Assembly (NCBI GenBank): GCA_001600695.1
Contig: BCKQ01000001.1
Location: forward strand, 1,945,095 to 1,957,488
Length of the DNA stretch: 12,394 bases
Direction: 5' to 3'
Source of the DNA: Ascoidea asiatica JCM 7603
Taxonomy: Eukaryota; Fungi; Ascomycota
Shown: piece by piece, positions 1 to 10,684 of the stretch
Numbering within the stretch: the stretch's first letter is position 1
Layout of the letters: each line of letters opens with the position of its first letter
The notes under the pieces: model-generated
What the model was told of the DNA's origin: nothing
Databases searched by the model: none
What the model saw: the letters and a program-made list of their open reading frames with translations, nothing else
Program-made: the position numbers and the translations under genes

Positions 1-183
1 TGCGGGACCCCATAAGAATCTGAATTAATATCAAAGGAATCGATTACCTCTTATTTTTTTATATATTTTATTTAATTTTCTTTTTAGAGCATCTATTAAC
101 AGAAGTTAATTGATTAATACATAGTAAGGAAACTTTGATTATATAATTCGAAATTATAAATTCGTAAAATGAATGAGAATTCA
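1..183 (-). pseudogene. 5' start of another Crypton-type unit, copy E (continues beyond the left edge)
   Basis: Positions 1-125 are about 85% identical by hand count to 11092-11217. The segment encodes LLLIDALKRKLNKIYKKIRG / IDSFDINS..FLWGPA, where the catalytic R codon CGG has become TGG. Confidence 0.75.
166..183. repeat. Conserved unit-junction motif (D|E): AAAA TGAAT GAGA ATTCA
   Basis: 17/18 identical among three copies. It contains the 5-bp inverted repeat TGAAT/ATTCA around a GANA loop, and similarity between copies ends at or within 3 nt of its right edge. Confidence 0.85.
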
Positions 184-1801
184 GAGCAAGATGTATTTTG
201 TTTTATTACGGGTGGGTTATTAGGTGATCGAAGCGTTTTCTTGCGATGGATGAAATTCAATTATGAATCATAGATAGTCTATCTTTAGAGTTTACAACCC
301 CGAGTACAAGTTCTTTCGAATTATTTAATTTCTCGGCCCACCACTGACCCTCTATTCAATCTCTTAACATTCAGTTAGATCATTGCTTTCGCCAAAATTT
401 GCAATTTCAGAGGTTATCTTAATCATTTTCTTTGGTTATGACTTATGTGAGTATGATCAATATTAGTTAATACTAGATCAGTGATTAGATTGGCTGACTT
501 TTCTTGAATTTCAACATTCCTATCACTGTCTGGGAAATGTTTTTCAAGTTTCTTATAAATATTTACGTAGGCTAGTTGATTTTTGAAAATGTTTACACTT
601 AGTACAAATACAATTGGTCAAACTTTTAATAAAAATTTTCATTCCAAATAATTCAGTTTATGCGCTAACCTAATCACGATTAATACCTTTTGCATGCATT
701 CTATCGTAGATAGTAAATTGTTTTAGTACCACCGCAGATAAAAAATAATGAAACTTTGCTAAGTTAAGTACGTCACTAGTCTAGTAGTGGATGTGGTTGA
801 GTCCCAATTTATTGATGAAAATACAATTTTTTAACCTATTTTCACATAAAATAGATCAGGGAAACATTGCTTTTAGCTAGGTTTTTATTTTCGACTGCCA
901 GCTAATAAAACATCTCCATCTATTACCAAAAAACCACCCGAATGTCAGGGATTAGCTCCTAAGTAGGAGTATAAGGAGCAATTAAACATGGTAAAATTCC
1001 TTCCCTAACGAACAGAAAATTCTTTTTGTCAAGTATAATCAGCAAGACTATGATTATAAATCCTTTGGGTTCTACCAGACTATCTGTCTGCTAGTTTAAT
1101 TAAATTTTTAAAAATATTAAGCGCTGCGGATTTATGTTGGTTACCAATTAGATACCAATAAATAGGGAAATTTTCTGTTAATGGGCCAAATAACAATAAT
1201 TGATGGTTGACGGAAGAATTACCGTTTCTGCCAATAGATTTTAAAACCTAAATGGGATACGGATCCAGGCAGCCAGGGCTTGTGTAAGATTACATTGGCG
1301 AAGCGTAGTGTCACCTGAGATAAGGTCTAACCTTCAGTGCCGAATTGTCTAAGAATAAACAGTAGACGGGTATGACTACTCGCTTAAAGATACAGTCAGA
1401 GTTCGGTGCTGGATTAAAACGTAATCCTATAAATTCCCTCAAATTATTCACCCCCTACAAAGTAAAAGAGTATACGTATTGGTTTACAGAGCTATAGTTG
1501 GATTCCGAATTTTTCGCTTGATTTTTAATTGAGTTTTGAATACTTTGTTACTAGATAAACTTGATTTGCCTCATTAATAAGCTAGAACCCTACGAACATT
1601 ACCGCTTTTCGATGATTCCAATTGACTCTTTGGCACCGCGTATGAATGCAGAATTAATATGAAAGCTATAGGATCCTTTTTATTCTTTTAGTTATTTTAT
1701 TTACTTTTCTTCGTAAGTCATTATATAACACCAACCACTTGATTAAATCTTAGTTAACACTTAATGATATAGATCGGAATTGAAAAATGAATGACAATTC
1801 A
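184..1801 (-). pseudogene. Junction-to-junction 1618-bp Crypton-type unit, copy D (heavily decayed YR plus GCR1_C-like end)
   Basis: SFHINSAFIRG (R 1640-1638) is followed by one frame from 1560 to 1144 containing SKLN*, FVGG..IYRI, HTRLLF, VSHLGFK (H 1254-1252) and W-PINRKFP-YL-LVS-NW (W 1188, Y 1164; compare A W-NPEALEKN-YL-QQY-NW). Near the end, GREIK*FER..KL*R..NFIHRKKTL (about 340-230) is GCR1_C-like. Many stops are present. Confidence 0.68.
1784..1801. repeat. Conserved unit-junction motif (C|D): AAAA TGAAT GACA ATTCA
   Basis: Same 18-mer; only the loop base differs. Confidence 0.85.
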
Positions 1802-2876
1802 GAGTATGGTGGTTCCACTAATGCTCTATTCTTTCAGAATAAGAAATCTTGTTGATGTTGGATCAACAGTTTCTTCGAGACACTTTGCCGAGCTGCTGAA
1901 GTCCGGAAGCAATAAGTCGCTTCACGAACAGCACAGTGGTCCAGAACATCATATTAGAATATAGGTGTCATTTTAGTTGCAGTGAACCACAAATCTGAGA
2001 TCCGGTGGATGAGTCGTCTCACTTATTAAAGATCTGATAATACCGTGTCTTAGAAAAGACGCTCTAGGTAACATTCCCAAATCATAATTTACCGATTGTG
2101 CAAAATATGATTTGAAAAATCAACCTGTCTAGCAGAGGAAAAAACTGAAAACGCGATAACTATTGTGCGTAATTTTTCGGCCTTTCTCGTTAATGTAAGT
2201 CAGGTTCACTCGAATACAAAAAAAACAAAAAGCATCTCGGACGGAAAGCTGCAATGATTCCTCCCTTGATCATGTTCAATCGAACAGGAAACCTCAACTA
2301 GGATCCAAATCCTAAAACATTCCTTTTGTTCCGGGTAAACCTGGTACAGTCATTGAAGAAGGCGGATTGTTTTCAAGAAGCAAAGGAGATGGGCTAGGAA
2401 GACCATTCCCCCAGTCAAGATAGCTGACAGATTGAGTACTATTTTTTCGGAAGAAAATTTTGTAACAGAAAAGATCCACTTTGATTGTTGAATCTCGAGG
2501 TCGTGCCTGTTTGAGTTGAAAAAATGCATCCCGCTGCAATTAGGCCCTAATGATAAGCTGATAAAGTGCGGTACGAAGCTTTCAATCCGAAGTCTCAAAA
2601 ATTGAATAAGCCCATGAACCTTAAGCTCCAACAAATGGTCCATCAAAATGGGCTCATGGGTCTCTGGCGAAGGAATTGTTAGCTGAATTTTACTCAATCA
2701 TAGGAGCTACGAAGTTGGAGTTAATCAAGGTCGAGGGGAGCAGGCATGACCTAATGTCGTGCAAAGAAAAAGAGATTCCGAGTTTTCACTGACACCTTTA
2801 AACATTGAACAGATCCTGGCTGACGGTTAAACATAAATCTGCTTCCGAAAAAGTTACCTACAGTCATATAGGCGTG
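1802..2876 (-). pseudogene. C-terminal half of a Crypton-type YR gene with a GCR1_C-like domain (piece C, likely the continuation of B)
   Basis: Minus strand reads CR*LFRKQIYV (decayed GRW..Y), then GVSENSESLFL/ARH*VMP (about 2790-2740; compare A ESLFLPR), then HGLIQFLRL (ORF 2350-2697), then IHRISDLW (W 1989-1987) ... FRTSAARQSVSKKLLI, which resembles GCR1_C TVxDLW..WR..ERxxFSRRKxI. Confidence 0.6.
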
Positions 2877-3999
2877 TTTTTGTTAAAATTCTGTTAATTT
2901 ATTTTTATTTTTATTATACGTTTTGAGCATTTATTAATACTTTTCTTTTTTTTTTTTGACTTTATTTGAAAAATGATGGTACTGTGAAAAGTGACTTGAA
3001 ATTTTTCATTCGATGTTTGAGATTGAATATTTGTGTGATTACTTGTTTTCAGTTGTTCTTGCTCTTGGCCGTTGGCAAAAAATGAACGTTAAGTTTTTTC
3101 TTATTTTTGTTTCTTTTCCTTCAATCTCTAATATTGTTTTACTAATATTACTTAATTAAATTAGAATGTTCTAAATAAGTATCTTCAAGCCACTTATCTT
3201 GATTTACTTTTAAGCCCGACTTCTTGACAACCATTTACAAAAAGCAATGGTCATCAAATATTAACTCCAAACACATCGGTAAAAAGCAAAAGTACTTTAC
3301 CACTGCAAACAAGAAACAAATTCGACAAGTTCCTTTTAAAATTTTGGTAAGAGCGATATTTGAACGCAATACATGAAACTATTGAATCGTATTATTATTA
3401 AAATTCATATTCATGTATTTCCATGATCTTTATATAAAAATTTATTTATAAATATTGAGAAATCAAGATCTATTTATTTTTATGTGGACCTTGATCTGCA
3501 AGAAAAATATCTTATAATTCTTGCTAGCTATTTCCCATGCGTATAGCAAAACGGTTGCTATTGGGGAGCACAAAATCAAAGAGAATATCACTTCCTACCT
3601 TTATATTTGGGGTTGAAAGTACGCCTGGGAATCTCGAACTACAGGTTACTATTGTACACATATAATTTGGTAGAAGGTACAGTAGAATTTCTGTTTGATA
3701 GAACCTACAAGGACTTTTTCTAGCAGTTGGTACAATCGGCTGTTAGAGTACCAATCAACTTCTGGTAGCTAATCAGTGATCAATTACTGCTCATCAAGCC
3801 CCATGACATCACCTTGTTCGCCAACAACACTTATGCATGCCAAGACATCATCTTCTACAACGGCATATTAGTCCCTCACACAAAAATATGAGCTAATAAT
3901 TGCTGCGTACAATTACCAATTTCAACATGAAACCAGACCTCTCGACTGTCTGTATATCCGAATTACTGGAGTACACCGCACTCGAGTTCCGGTCTTCTT

Positions 4000-4400
4000 G
4001 GTTAATAACCTACCTAATCGGGGCCTGGCCAGTGGATCGGACCAATGTCATGAAACCTTGTACATGGCGTAAACTTCAAGTATCTCCATGTTGCATCTCG
4101 TAACCTGTAAGTAGACAATATATATTCATTGTTAGGGCTGCCGCGGGGGTTGTGTATACTTGATTAAGATATGAACCCTGTAAAGCAGTAAACGCACTAC
4201 TGATATCCATTGCATCGCCTTAAGAGAACACTATCGCCGAGGCAATATCCCAAGCGGCATTCCTTTGTCTGGTAGTCCTCATAGGTACAGGGCCTTAACA
4301 CCAGGGATGGCACTACTAGCCTGTCTGCAAAATTCATAGCACCAGGCTTCTGCCACTAGAGTATATCACCTCACATGGTATTACCCAGAAATCATGACAG
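4000..4400 (-). pseudogene. Probable Ty3/gypsy-type gag remnant
   Basis: Minus frames read VAEAWCYEFCRQA..VKALYL*GLPD (retrotransposon-gag YxxEF..YLRGL-like, 4356-4268), GDAMDIS (PMDID-like, about 4210) and PCTRFHDIGPIHW (decayed Cys/His knuckle, about 4065-4028). The region is more GC-rich than its flanks. Confidence 0.45.
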
Positions 4401-5184
4401 AAACAACCAAACTCATATTGATCACCAAACTATTAGGGGAAAATCATATTTGTTTGCCCTTTAAAAATCGACTTTGGCTTTTAAGTAGTTGTAATGTTGA
4501 CTACAGCTGTGAGTGTTTAGGCCAATGAGTAAGTGGCACACAGCATTAGAAAGAAAATTTAAGTTTATTGATATTTCAAGTTATGAACACCAATAAATTG
4601 TGTTAAGTATTCCAAACTATATGAATAGGTTTGTTTTTCTCTTATATTTATTTGATTTTATGCACTTTTTAAAACATACACTGTTAAATTTACCGTTTTC
4701 CCTATATTAGTACATAAGTTTTTTAATGATCACCATATTTTTTTTCTTTAATAACCCTAATACTTTTCATACCAAATACTATCAAATTTATCTACTATAT
4801 TGCACGTATGCAAACCCTTGGAGCACTGTTGACAGAAATGCTTCAACAATTTTTTTTCGGAGCTCAGTTCTTATAAAACCACATTATAATCCTGTGACCG
4901 TTATTTTTTGGTTCAATTTTTATTATTTTTTCTATTTGGTTTTTCAATTTTTATTATTGGTTGCAATATTTATAATTTTTATCAATTTTTATTACGTGTT
5001 TCAAGTTTTATTTTAATTATTTATTTTTTTTGGCTTTGTTTATTTATTTCTCCATAGGGTTCAGTTTTGATTACATTTGAATGAACAAAATAGTATATCA
5101 AGAGATATAGAAACACCTTTAATTTTTTTCACTTCATTTAAATTTATTTATTAACTTATTATTTCTTTTTATTATTTATATCAG

Positions 5185-5483
5185 ATCTGAAACAACTTAA
5201 TAATTTTACCTTCCCGACCTTAATTGAAACAATTAAACAATTTGAAAATAAGTTAGGACTGTATCTCCCTCTTATTTTGAAATTTTATGTTCAGCATGAG
5301 GAAAAAAAATTTTTCATCGATGATTCAACTGATATTTCTCTTAATGATAAAGCTAAAAGAATGTTTCAAAAATCAACTAATGCAAGTGAAAATCATACAG
5401 TTATTTCAATTTATTTTTCTAAATTAAAGTTATTTATTGCATACAAAGACGCAACTCTCTTTTATATGGGCGGGAATAATTGA
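5185..5483 (+). CDS. Possible coding exon of an unknown protein
   Basis: The frame is open from 5142 to 5483 with no early ATG. It is preceded by an acceptor-like TTAAC..T-rich tract..ATCAG ending at 5184. No recognisable domain. Confidence 0.3.
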
Positions 5484-5703
5484 AGTTTAATTTTAGTGAA
5501 TAATTATTGATGTTCCATTAATATTCACACAACATTCCTTTTTCTTTCAATTCCGGTTTATAATAATTTAAATGTTAATCGAAACTTTAATTTGTATCAT
5601 AAGTTATCACATTTTGTTTTTATTATCCATTGCGTGTTATTCTCCCAAATATAAAAAAAATATTATTTATGGAAAATGAATTTCCAAAATTATTTATCAA
5701 ATT

Positions 5704-6201
5704 ATGTCATCGCCTGACAGGTTTAAGCTGAAACAAAAAGGCATATTAGCTAAACTTGATCAACATTCAAACTTAATTAACCATATTAATGATACCATTG
5801 AAGAACTTAAGGTTATTGTCGAAAAACGAATCTCCCAAGACTTTTGTGACTCAATTAAACATAATAATAAAGATAAACTTCAAGATTTATCCAGAATTCA
5901 AAAATTTTGGGTTTATCTCCAATCCGACGATATGGTTCACTATAGACCAAGTAAATCTGTGTTTGGCAAAACTGTTATTAATGCAAGTGGTTATGTAAAG
6001 AATGTCTTACAAATTATTGAATCCGAGTCAAAAGGAAAAATTTTAAGTCTTTCTAGACTTTAGAGACTGGCTCACCGTAAGTATTTTAGAATTTTTCAAC
6101 AAATGTTTACTAGAATTTTTAATAAGTTCAGTGAACTTATTGAAGTTTTTAGTGATTCATCTTCCTCTGATGGAGAAGTTGAATTCATTGGAACTTCTTA
6201 A
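5704..6201 (+). pseudogene. Orphan 165-codon ORF with a single internal TAG (6061-6063); function unknown
   Basis: ATG at 5704 and 119 aa to the TAG; the same frame then stays open for 45 more codons (RLAHRKYFRIFQQMFTRIFNKFSELIEVFSDSSSSDGEVEFIGTS) to TAA 6199-6201. An open frame this long is unlikely in such AT-rich DNA. Confidence 0.55.
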
Positions 6202-6600
6202 CTACAATTTTTTTCTTTTTAATTTTTATTTATTATTCTATATAGTTTTATATTAAAAATTTTACTATAAACAGCTTTTATCTTTTTCTCTTTTTTCTTT
6301 TTCATTTATTAATTTTAAATCATTATCATTCAATTTCCTTATTATATCAACTCCTTCCAATTAATAAATATCTTTAATATTTTTATATTGAATTTGAATA
6401 TCTGACACTACTCTTTCTCTTAACTAAAATCTGAAATTAATAATGCGGTTCAGGGGACCACTACTACTGTTTTATTAGTCTTCGTAAGTTTTTAAACTGC
6501 CGAAAATCCTAACCTTTGGGCCTTAAAGCTTTTAACTTAACTGAGCACGGGTGATGGAACAAGAAGCACCTTAAAGAACGGAAGGATATGACGTATTCCA

Positions 6601-9600
6601 ACAAGTGTTCTTATTCCAGCATGCCATATTAGAAACCAATGTCCCAAGTACAGGGTCTGGCAAGCGCCGGCAGGCGGAGTACTTAACAGATTGTCAGGGG
6701 AAGGAACTGTGGCTGTCCAACCAAATATGGCGGTCCTTTTCGATTTTTAGATTTAGCTACCGAGATCCGATTAGTTATTTCAGAAGCTTTCCTTTACTCA
6801 CAATTTTCGATAGAAGAAAACATATAGTACGCTTTTAGATTCCGGCAGTCACTTGGGTCTGGGTGGATATAAAATAATATGTAACGAACATACTAGGATT
6901 GCAAGATGTATTGCAGATATACGTGTTAGTAGTAGTTCGGAACAAGATATTCTGGATACAAATAGTTTCATAAAACCCCGTTAAGGCCTTTTGAGTCAAA
7001 ATAGTAACGTAATGTCCTTTAACAGGCAAACTATGTTCTCCTACAGGGACTTATGTAAAGACTCGGAAGCAATTAAGATTCGAGCAGTCCGGATTAAAAT
7101 AAGTAGTAAGTTATTACATCAGAGAATTAAAAACGCAGGTAAAAAGATAGTATATTTTGCACTAAATAATCGGGAAATTTCGAACGTTCCTAGGTATACA
7201 ACTGGGAGTTGTATAAAGGACTGCATATGCTGCGTAAAGGCTAAGATGAGACGTCTTGATGCAGTCACCAAGAAAGTAAGTGCTAGTGCACCAATGGAGA
7301 TCATTCACAGTGATGTGATGGGCCCTTTGCCAATAAGTTTTGAGAAATAGAAGTATATTGTAACATTCACTGATGAATTTACAAGATATGTGGAGGCCTA
7401 TTCTCTTGCTGAGAAAGCAGAAGTATTAGCAAAATTTAAGGAGTATAAGGTGTTTCATGAGAAACAATCTAATTATTTAGTAAAAACCTTATTCACTGAT
7501 AATGGAGGAGAGTACTCATCACTCGAATTTTGGACATTCGTGAAGGAGAATGGATTGAACCACCAAATGACATTAGCCTATTCTCCTAAGAGTAATGGTT
7601 TGGCGGAGAGAGTCAAGTCATGGAATCTTAGAATCTTCAATTAGATCAACTGTTATAGATTCCAGTGCTCCACTGAGGCTATGGCCGTTAATCTTACAAC
7701 ATGCGTTGTATGTGAAAGACTGCCTTACTCACAGTGCCTTTATGGCAAGAAAAATTTTTAATAGTCCATACGAACTCCTTTTCGGGCGCAAGAGGCGTTT
7801 TGAGCAGATGCAAGTGTTTGGAGCCACTGCATACTTATTGTTATTACCTGCTCCACCGAAATTTAGCGCCAGGACTCTGAAGGGTGCTTACCTAGGAGTG
7901 GAATCCCATGGGCTTCGAGCCAGAATATTAGTGGAGGGAGCAATAGTTCGCACGAGACATTCTCATTTAGAGGAGACCAATGCTTATTTGTCTGGGCCGT
8001 TAGATATGGCCAAGCCGTTTGATGAGAACCAGAAAGAAGCAATTGATGGCAGACTAGAAGTCTTCAAAAGTCTAGGTCCAGAAGAGGATAGTAAGTTTCT
8101 TCTCGATGTGAAGAAGATACACGAGCTTCCGGAGCAGTCACAGAATACAGCGGATAGTTCTACTGATAATCGGAACTCCTCCGAGTTATCCAAGAAGGAT
8201 TTGCCTCGGAATATAAACAAAAAGTAAAGGATACTGACCCAAGAGGGTGGATCCACAGAACCTGTTAACGATTCCAGTGATTTTGAGCTACTTAGTAGTA
8301 GCTCGGTATCGGAAAAAGATATTATTTTTTCAATAGAACCAAATGAATTCATACCTTCTCTGATTAGGTCTAATCTCAGAACAGATCCAGTAGATCTATC
8401 AAAACCCAGGGCCACGAGGTCCAATCGATGTTATGTAATCAAGAGAATACCTAACAGTCTCTACGAGGCTATTCAAGACCAGGGAGGGCGAATAGCAGTA
8501 CGCAATGAGATATCTGCTCATATCTCCAAGAAGAGTCTAGAACCAGTAGAAGAGTCTACGGTTAATGGGTAGATATTACTGGTTATATGGGTATTTACTA
8601 TCAAAGCTGATTGTAAGAAGAAAGCTAGGCTCTCTGTTCGAGGGGATCTACCGCCTGCAGCATCCTACTCTGAATCAGAGACTTCGCTTTTATCCGTTGG
8701 GGGATTAAGGATAAAATTGCATATTATTGCATCCCATAAACATCAAGTGGGAGTTTTTGATATAGACACAGCTTTTCTAAATGCAGATATAGACAAGAAT
8801 ATCTATATCAAAACAGTACCTTATTTTCCTGTTCCAAGAGGAATGAAAAAACCTGTGTTGATCTTAAGAAAAGGTGTTTACGGTCTAAAGCAACTGCCTC
8901 TCCTATGGGAGAAAACATTCACTGAGAGAATGAAGAAGTTAGGTTACTTCTATGATCAAGATGCCTCGGGTATTTACACCAAGAAGGGTGTAATAGTTAC
9001 CGTGTTTGTAGATGATCTCCTAATAGCGGCCAACATACAAAAGGAAATAAGTATCGCTATATTGAGATACACAACTGTTTCAAGCTCAAATATGGTCTGT
9101 TTGACCAGTTATTAGAATACAAAATCAAAAGAAATAGGAATGGGATATTCTTATTTACTGATGAAAAGATCGAAGAACTTGCCAAAAATTATGGTATTCA
9201 GGTGAATATCAACATTAAATTGCCAATTTTTACAAACACATATATTAGCAAGGAAATTCTTGAGTACTCTACGGATGTGGACATAGATCTTAGAGCCCCT
9301 GATGGGTCTTTAATTTTTATTTCTAACTGGCGACGGGATATTTTGTATGCCACAAATTTTTTGGCGCAGTATGGTATAAGCGGGAAGCTCGTGATATGGA
9401 ATCATATTAAGAAATTGATTCAATATCTATTAAATACCAGGTTTCTTGGCCTATATTTTGCCTGTGAACCTCAGGTGGTGAGGAATGAATGCATAGTAAC
9501 AACGTGTTCAGATACTGATAACGTGAGTGATCCTCTATCAAGATACTCCAAGCATGGGTTAACAGTAAGTCTTAATGGATCGCTAGTAGCTTTCCGAAGA

Positions 9601-10044
9601 AAGCAGCTTTAATTAATTCTAAAGTCGTCTTATGAAGCTGAACTATGTGGAGCATATGAATCACTGGAATATGAATCGAAAGTGATTTATATCAATGGAC
9701 GGCTACCAAGGTGGCTAGGAGACACAATTAAGATATATTATCAAGTGGATAATATGTCTGTGGTCACAAGTGTGACCAACGAAAGCAGGATTTTTGGCAA
9801 GAAGCCATTAGACATCAGGGGTAGGAAACTGAAAGATATATTTAGCAAGAAGCTAAGAATATATGACGATCCAATAGAGGATCGGATAAGTAGACAGATT
9901 GAGCATATTTCTGGGACAGAAAATATGGCAGACATTCTAACCAAGCTGGTTACTCTTAACGTAGCATTGAAGTTAGGACCAATGATGGTCTTTGACTCTC
10001 AAAATACGCTGTCAATTCCACCTCTACTGCCAAAGCATTCTTGA
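6601..10044 (+). pseudogene. copia gag-pol pseudogene
   Basis: Decayed CCHC knuckle KCSYSSMP/HIRNQC (6606-6642). Protease LLDSG (D 6838-6840). LLHQR..CICCVKAKM. Integrase IHSDVMGP, TDNGGEY, NGLAER. RT WVFTIK..KKARL, FDIDTAFLNA, KGVYGLKQ, VFVDDLL. RNase H SDTD, SSYEAE, VDN, NMADILTK. In-frame stops at 7348, 8225, 8570 and 9610; frameshifts near 7615 and 9065, plus others in gag/PR. Confidence 0.95.
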
Positions 10045-10227
10045 TGATGTTCAAGGGAAAATCCAAGAAACAATGCTCTAATGTTTTTAGTGAGTGCAAA
10101 CCTCACACTGTTCTGTTCACAAGAAGTGGATAGTTCGTTCGTTAGGAATTTTTTTAGCGAGCTTGTTTACAAATGTAAGATCTATATTTTTTAAATTATT
10201 TTTTCAAAAACGGTTCTTGGGAACGTT

Positions 10228-10242
10228 AAACAAAAGGTGATG
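10228..10242 (+). other. Imperfect polypurine tract (PPT) before the 3' LTR
   Basis: The purine-rich sequence aaacaaaaggtgatg immediately precedes TGTTGGAAAT, a typical copia LTR start. Confidence 0.55.
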
Positions 10243-10684
10243 TGTTGGAAATAATCAAGATCTATATATGCTAGTCCGTATATTGGGAGTCACACCATAG
10301 GTTCTGAAGGTCTAAAAGACACGTATCTATAGTAGACGTAACAGAGTTATGTATTATACAATAATGCGTGTACACTATGCATAATTAAGCATAGAGATGC
10401 ATAATTAGGCACTAATATACATATTGTTGCCTAAAGTGGCAATAAGTTGGGTGGGGAATACATCAATTCACATGACGTTGCGGAGTCTCTGTACAGGTTC
10501 TCAGATAGTAGGATATCATGTGAAATTCTAGTCACACGACATAGGTCATCTGTGCTTCAGCTATATATAGCGTACAAAGCAGACAAGAGTTTCAGATTCG
10601 TCCAGCCATAGTCGTAGAACCTCTAAGAGCATACTAAAACTAAGCCACTCGGTACGCGGAGAATAAAAGAGGAGTTACAATTCA
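10243..10684 (+). repeat. Putative 3' LTR (~440 bp) of the copia element
   Basis: Starts TGTTGG after the PPT; TATATATA at 10562-10569; AATAAA at 10662-10667; ends ...TTACAATTCA, after which similarity to the Crypton repeat resumes. An alternative end is 10679. No intact 5' partner exists to confirm it. Confidence 0.7.
10377..10411 (+). repeat. Short direct repeat in the LTR U3 region (atgcataatta[a/g]gca x2, period 20)
   Basis: 10377-10391 and 10397-10411 are 14/15 identical. Confidence 0.8.

Larger units (their letters stand above)
6541..10684 (+). mobile_element. Degenerate Ty1/copia (Pseudoviridae) LTR retrotransposon, 5'-truncated or disrupted
   Basis: The domain order zinc knuckle-PR-IN-RT-RNase H is diagnostic of copia, and it is followed by a PPT-like tract and a TG..CA LTR. 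The left boundary is approximate (shift from AT-rich DNA near 6540). Confidence 0.93.

Noticed and set aside
1120-1400. Group I intron-like words (aagatacagtc, cagtagac, minus-strand aatccgcagc, tgcggga)
   Set aside because: The P/Q/R/S-like words are in the wrong order or on different strands, P7 pairing is poor, and the region is explained as YR coding sequence.
1225-1801. The ~580-bp repeat shared with 10685-11270 as a solo LTR or structured ncRNA
   Set aside because: It encodes colinear YR motifs with synonymous-type changes, its left edge in B is simply the copia insertion, and most hairpins are not conserved between copies.
4726-5016. 96-aa F/Y/I-rich ORF as a membrane protein
   Set aside because: Its composition is explained by low-complexity T-rich DNA.
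4455-6540. piggyBac- or Helitron-type ends for the AT-rich island
   Set aside because: TTAA occurs at both sides, but there are no matching TIRs and no convincing hairpin plus CTRR end.
7984-8424. 146-aa minus ORF (also 7119-7304, 6835-7029 and 9741-9944)
   Set aside because: These are antisense to the copia gag-pol frame and have no independent motifs.
5704-10044. Alternative genetic code (TAA/TAG read as Gln)
   Set aside because: The same elements also carry frameshifts, other elements in the window have internal TGA stops, and TAA 6199 behaves like a true terminator. Decay is simpler, although intact host genes would be needed to exclude this fully.
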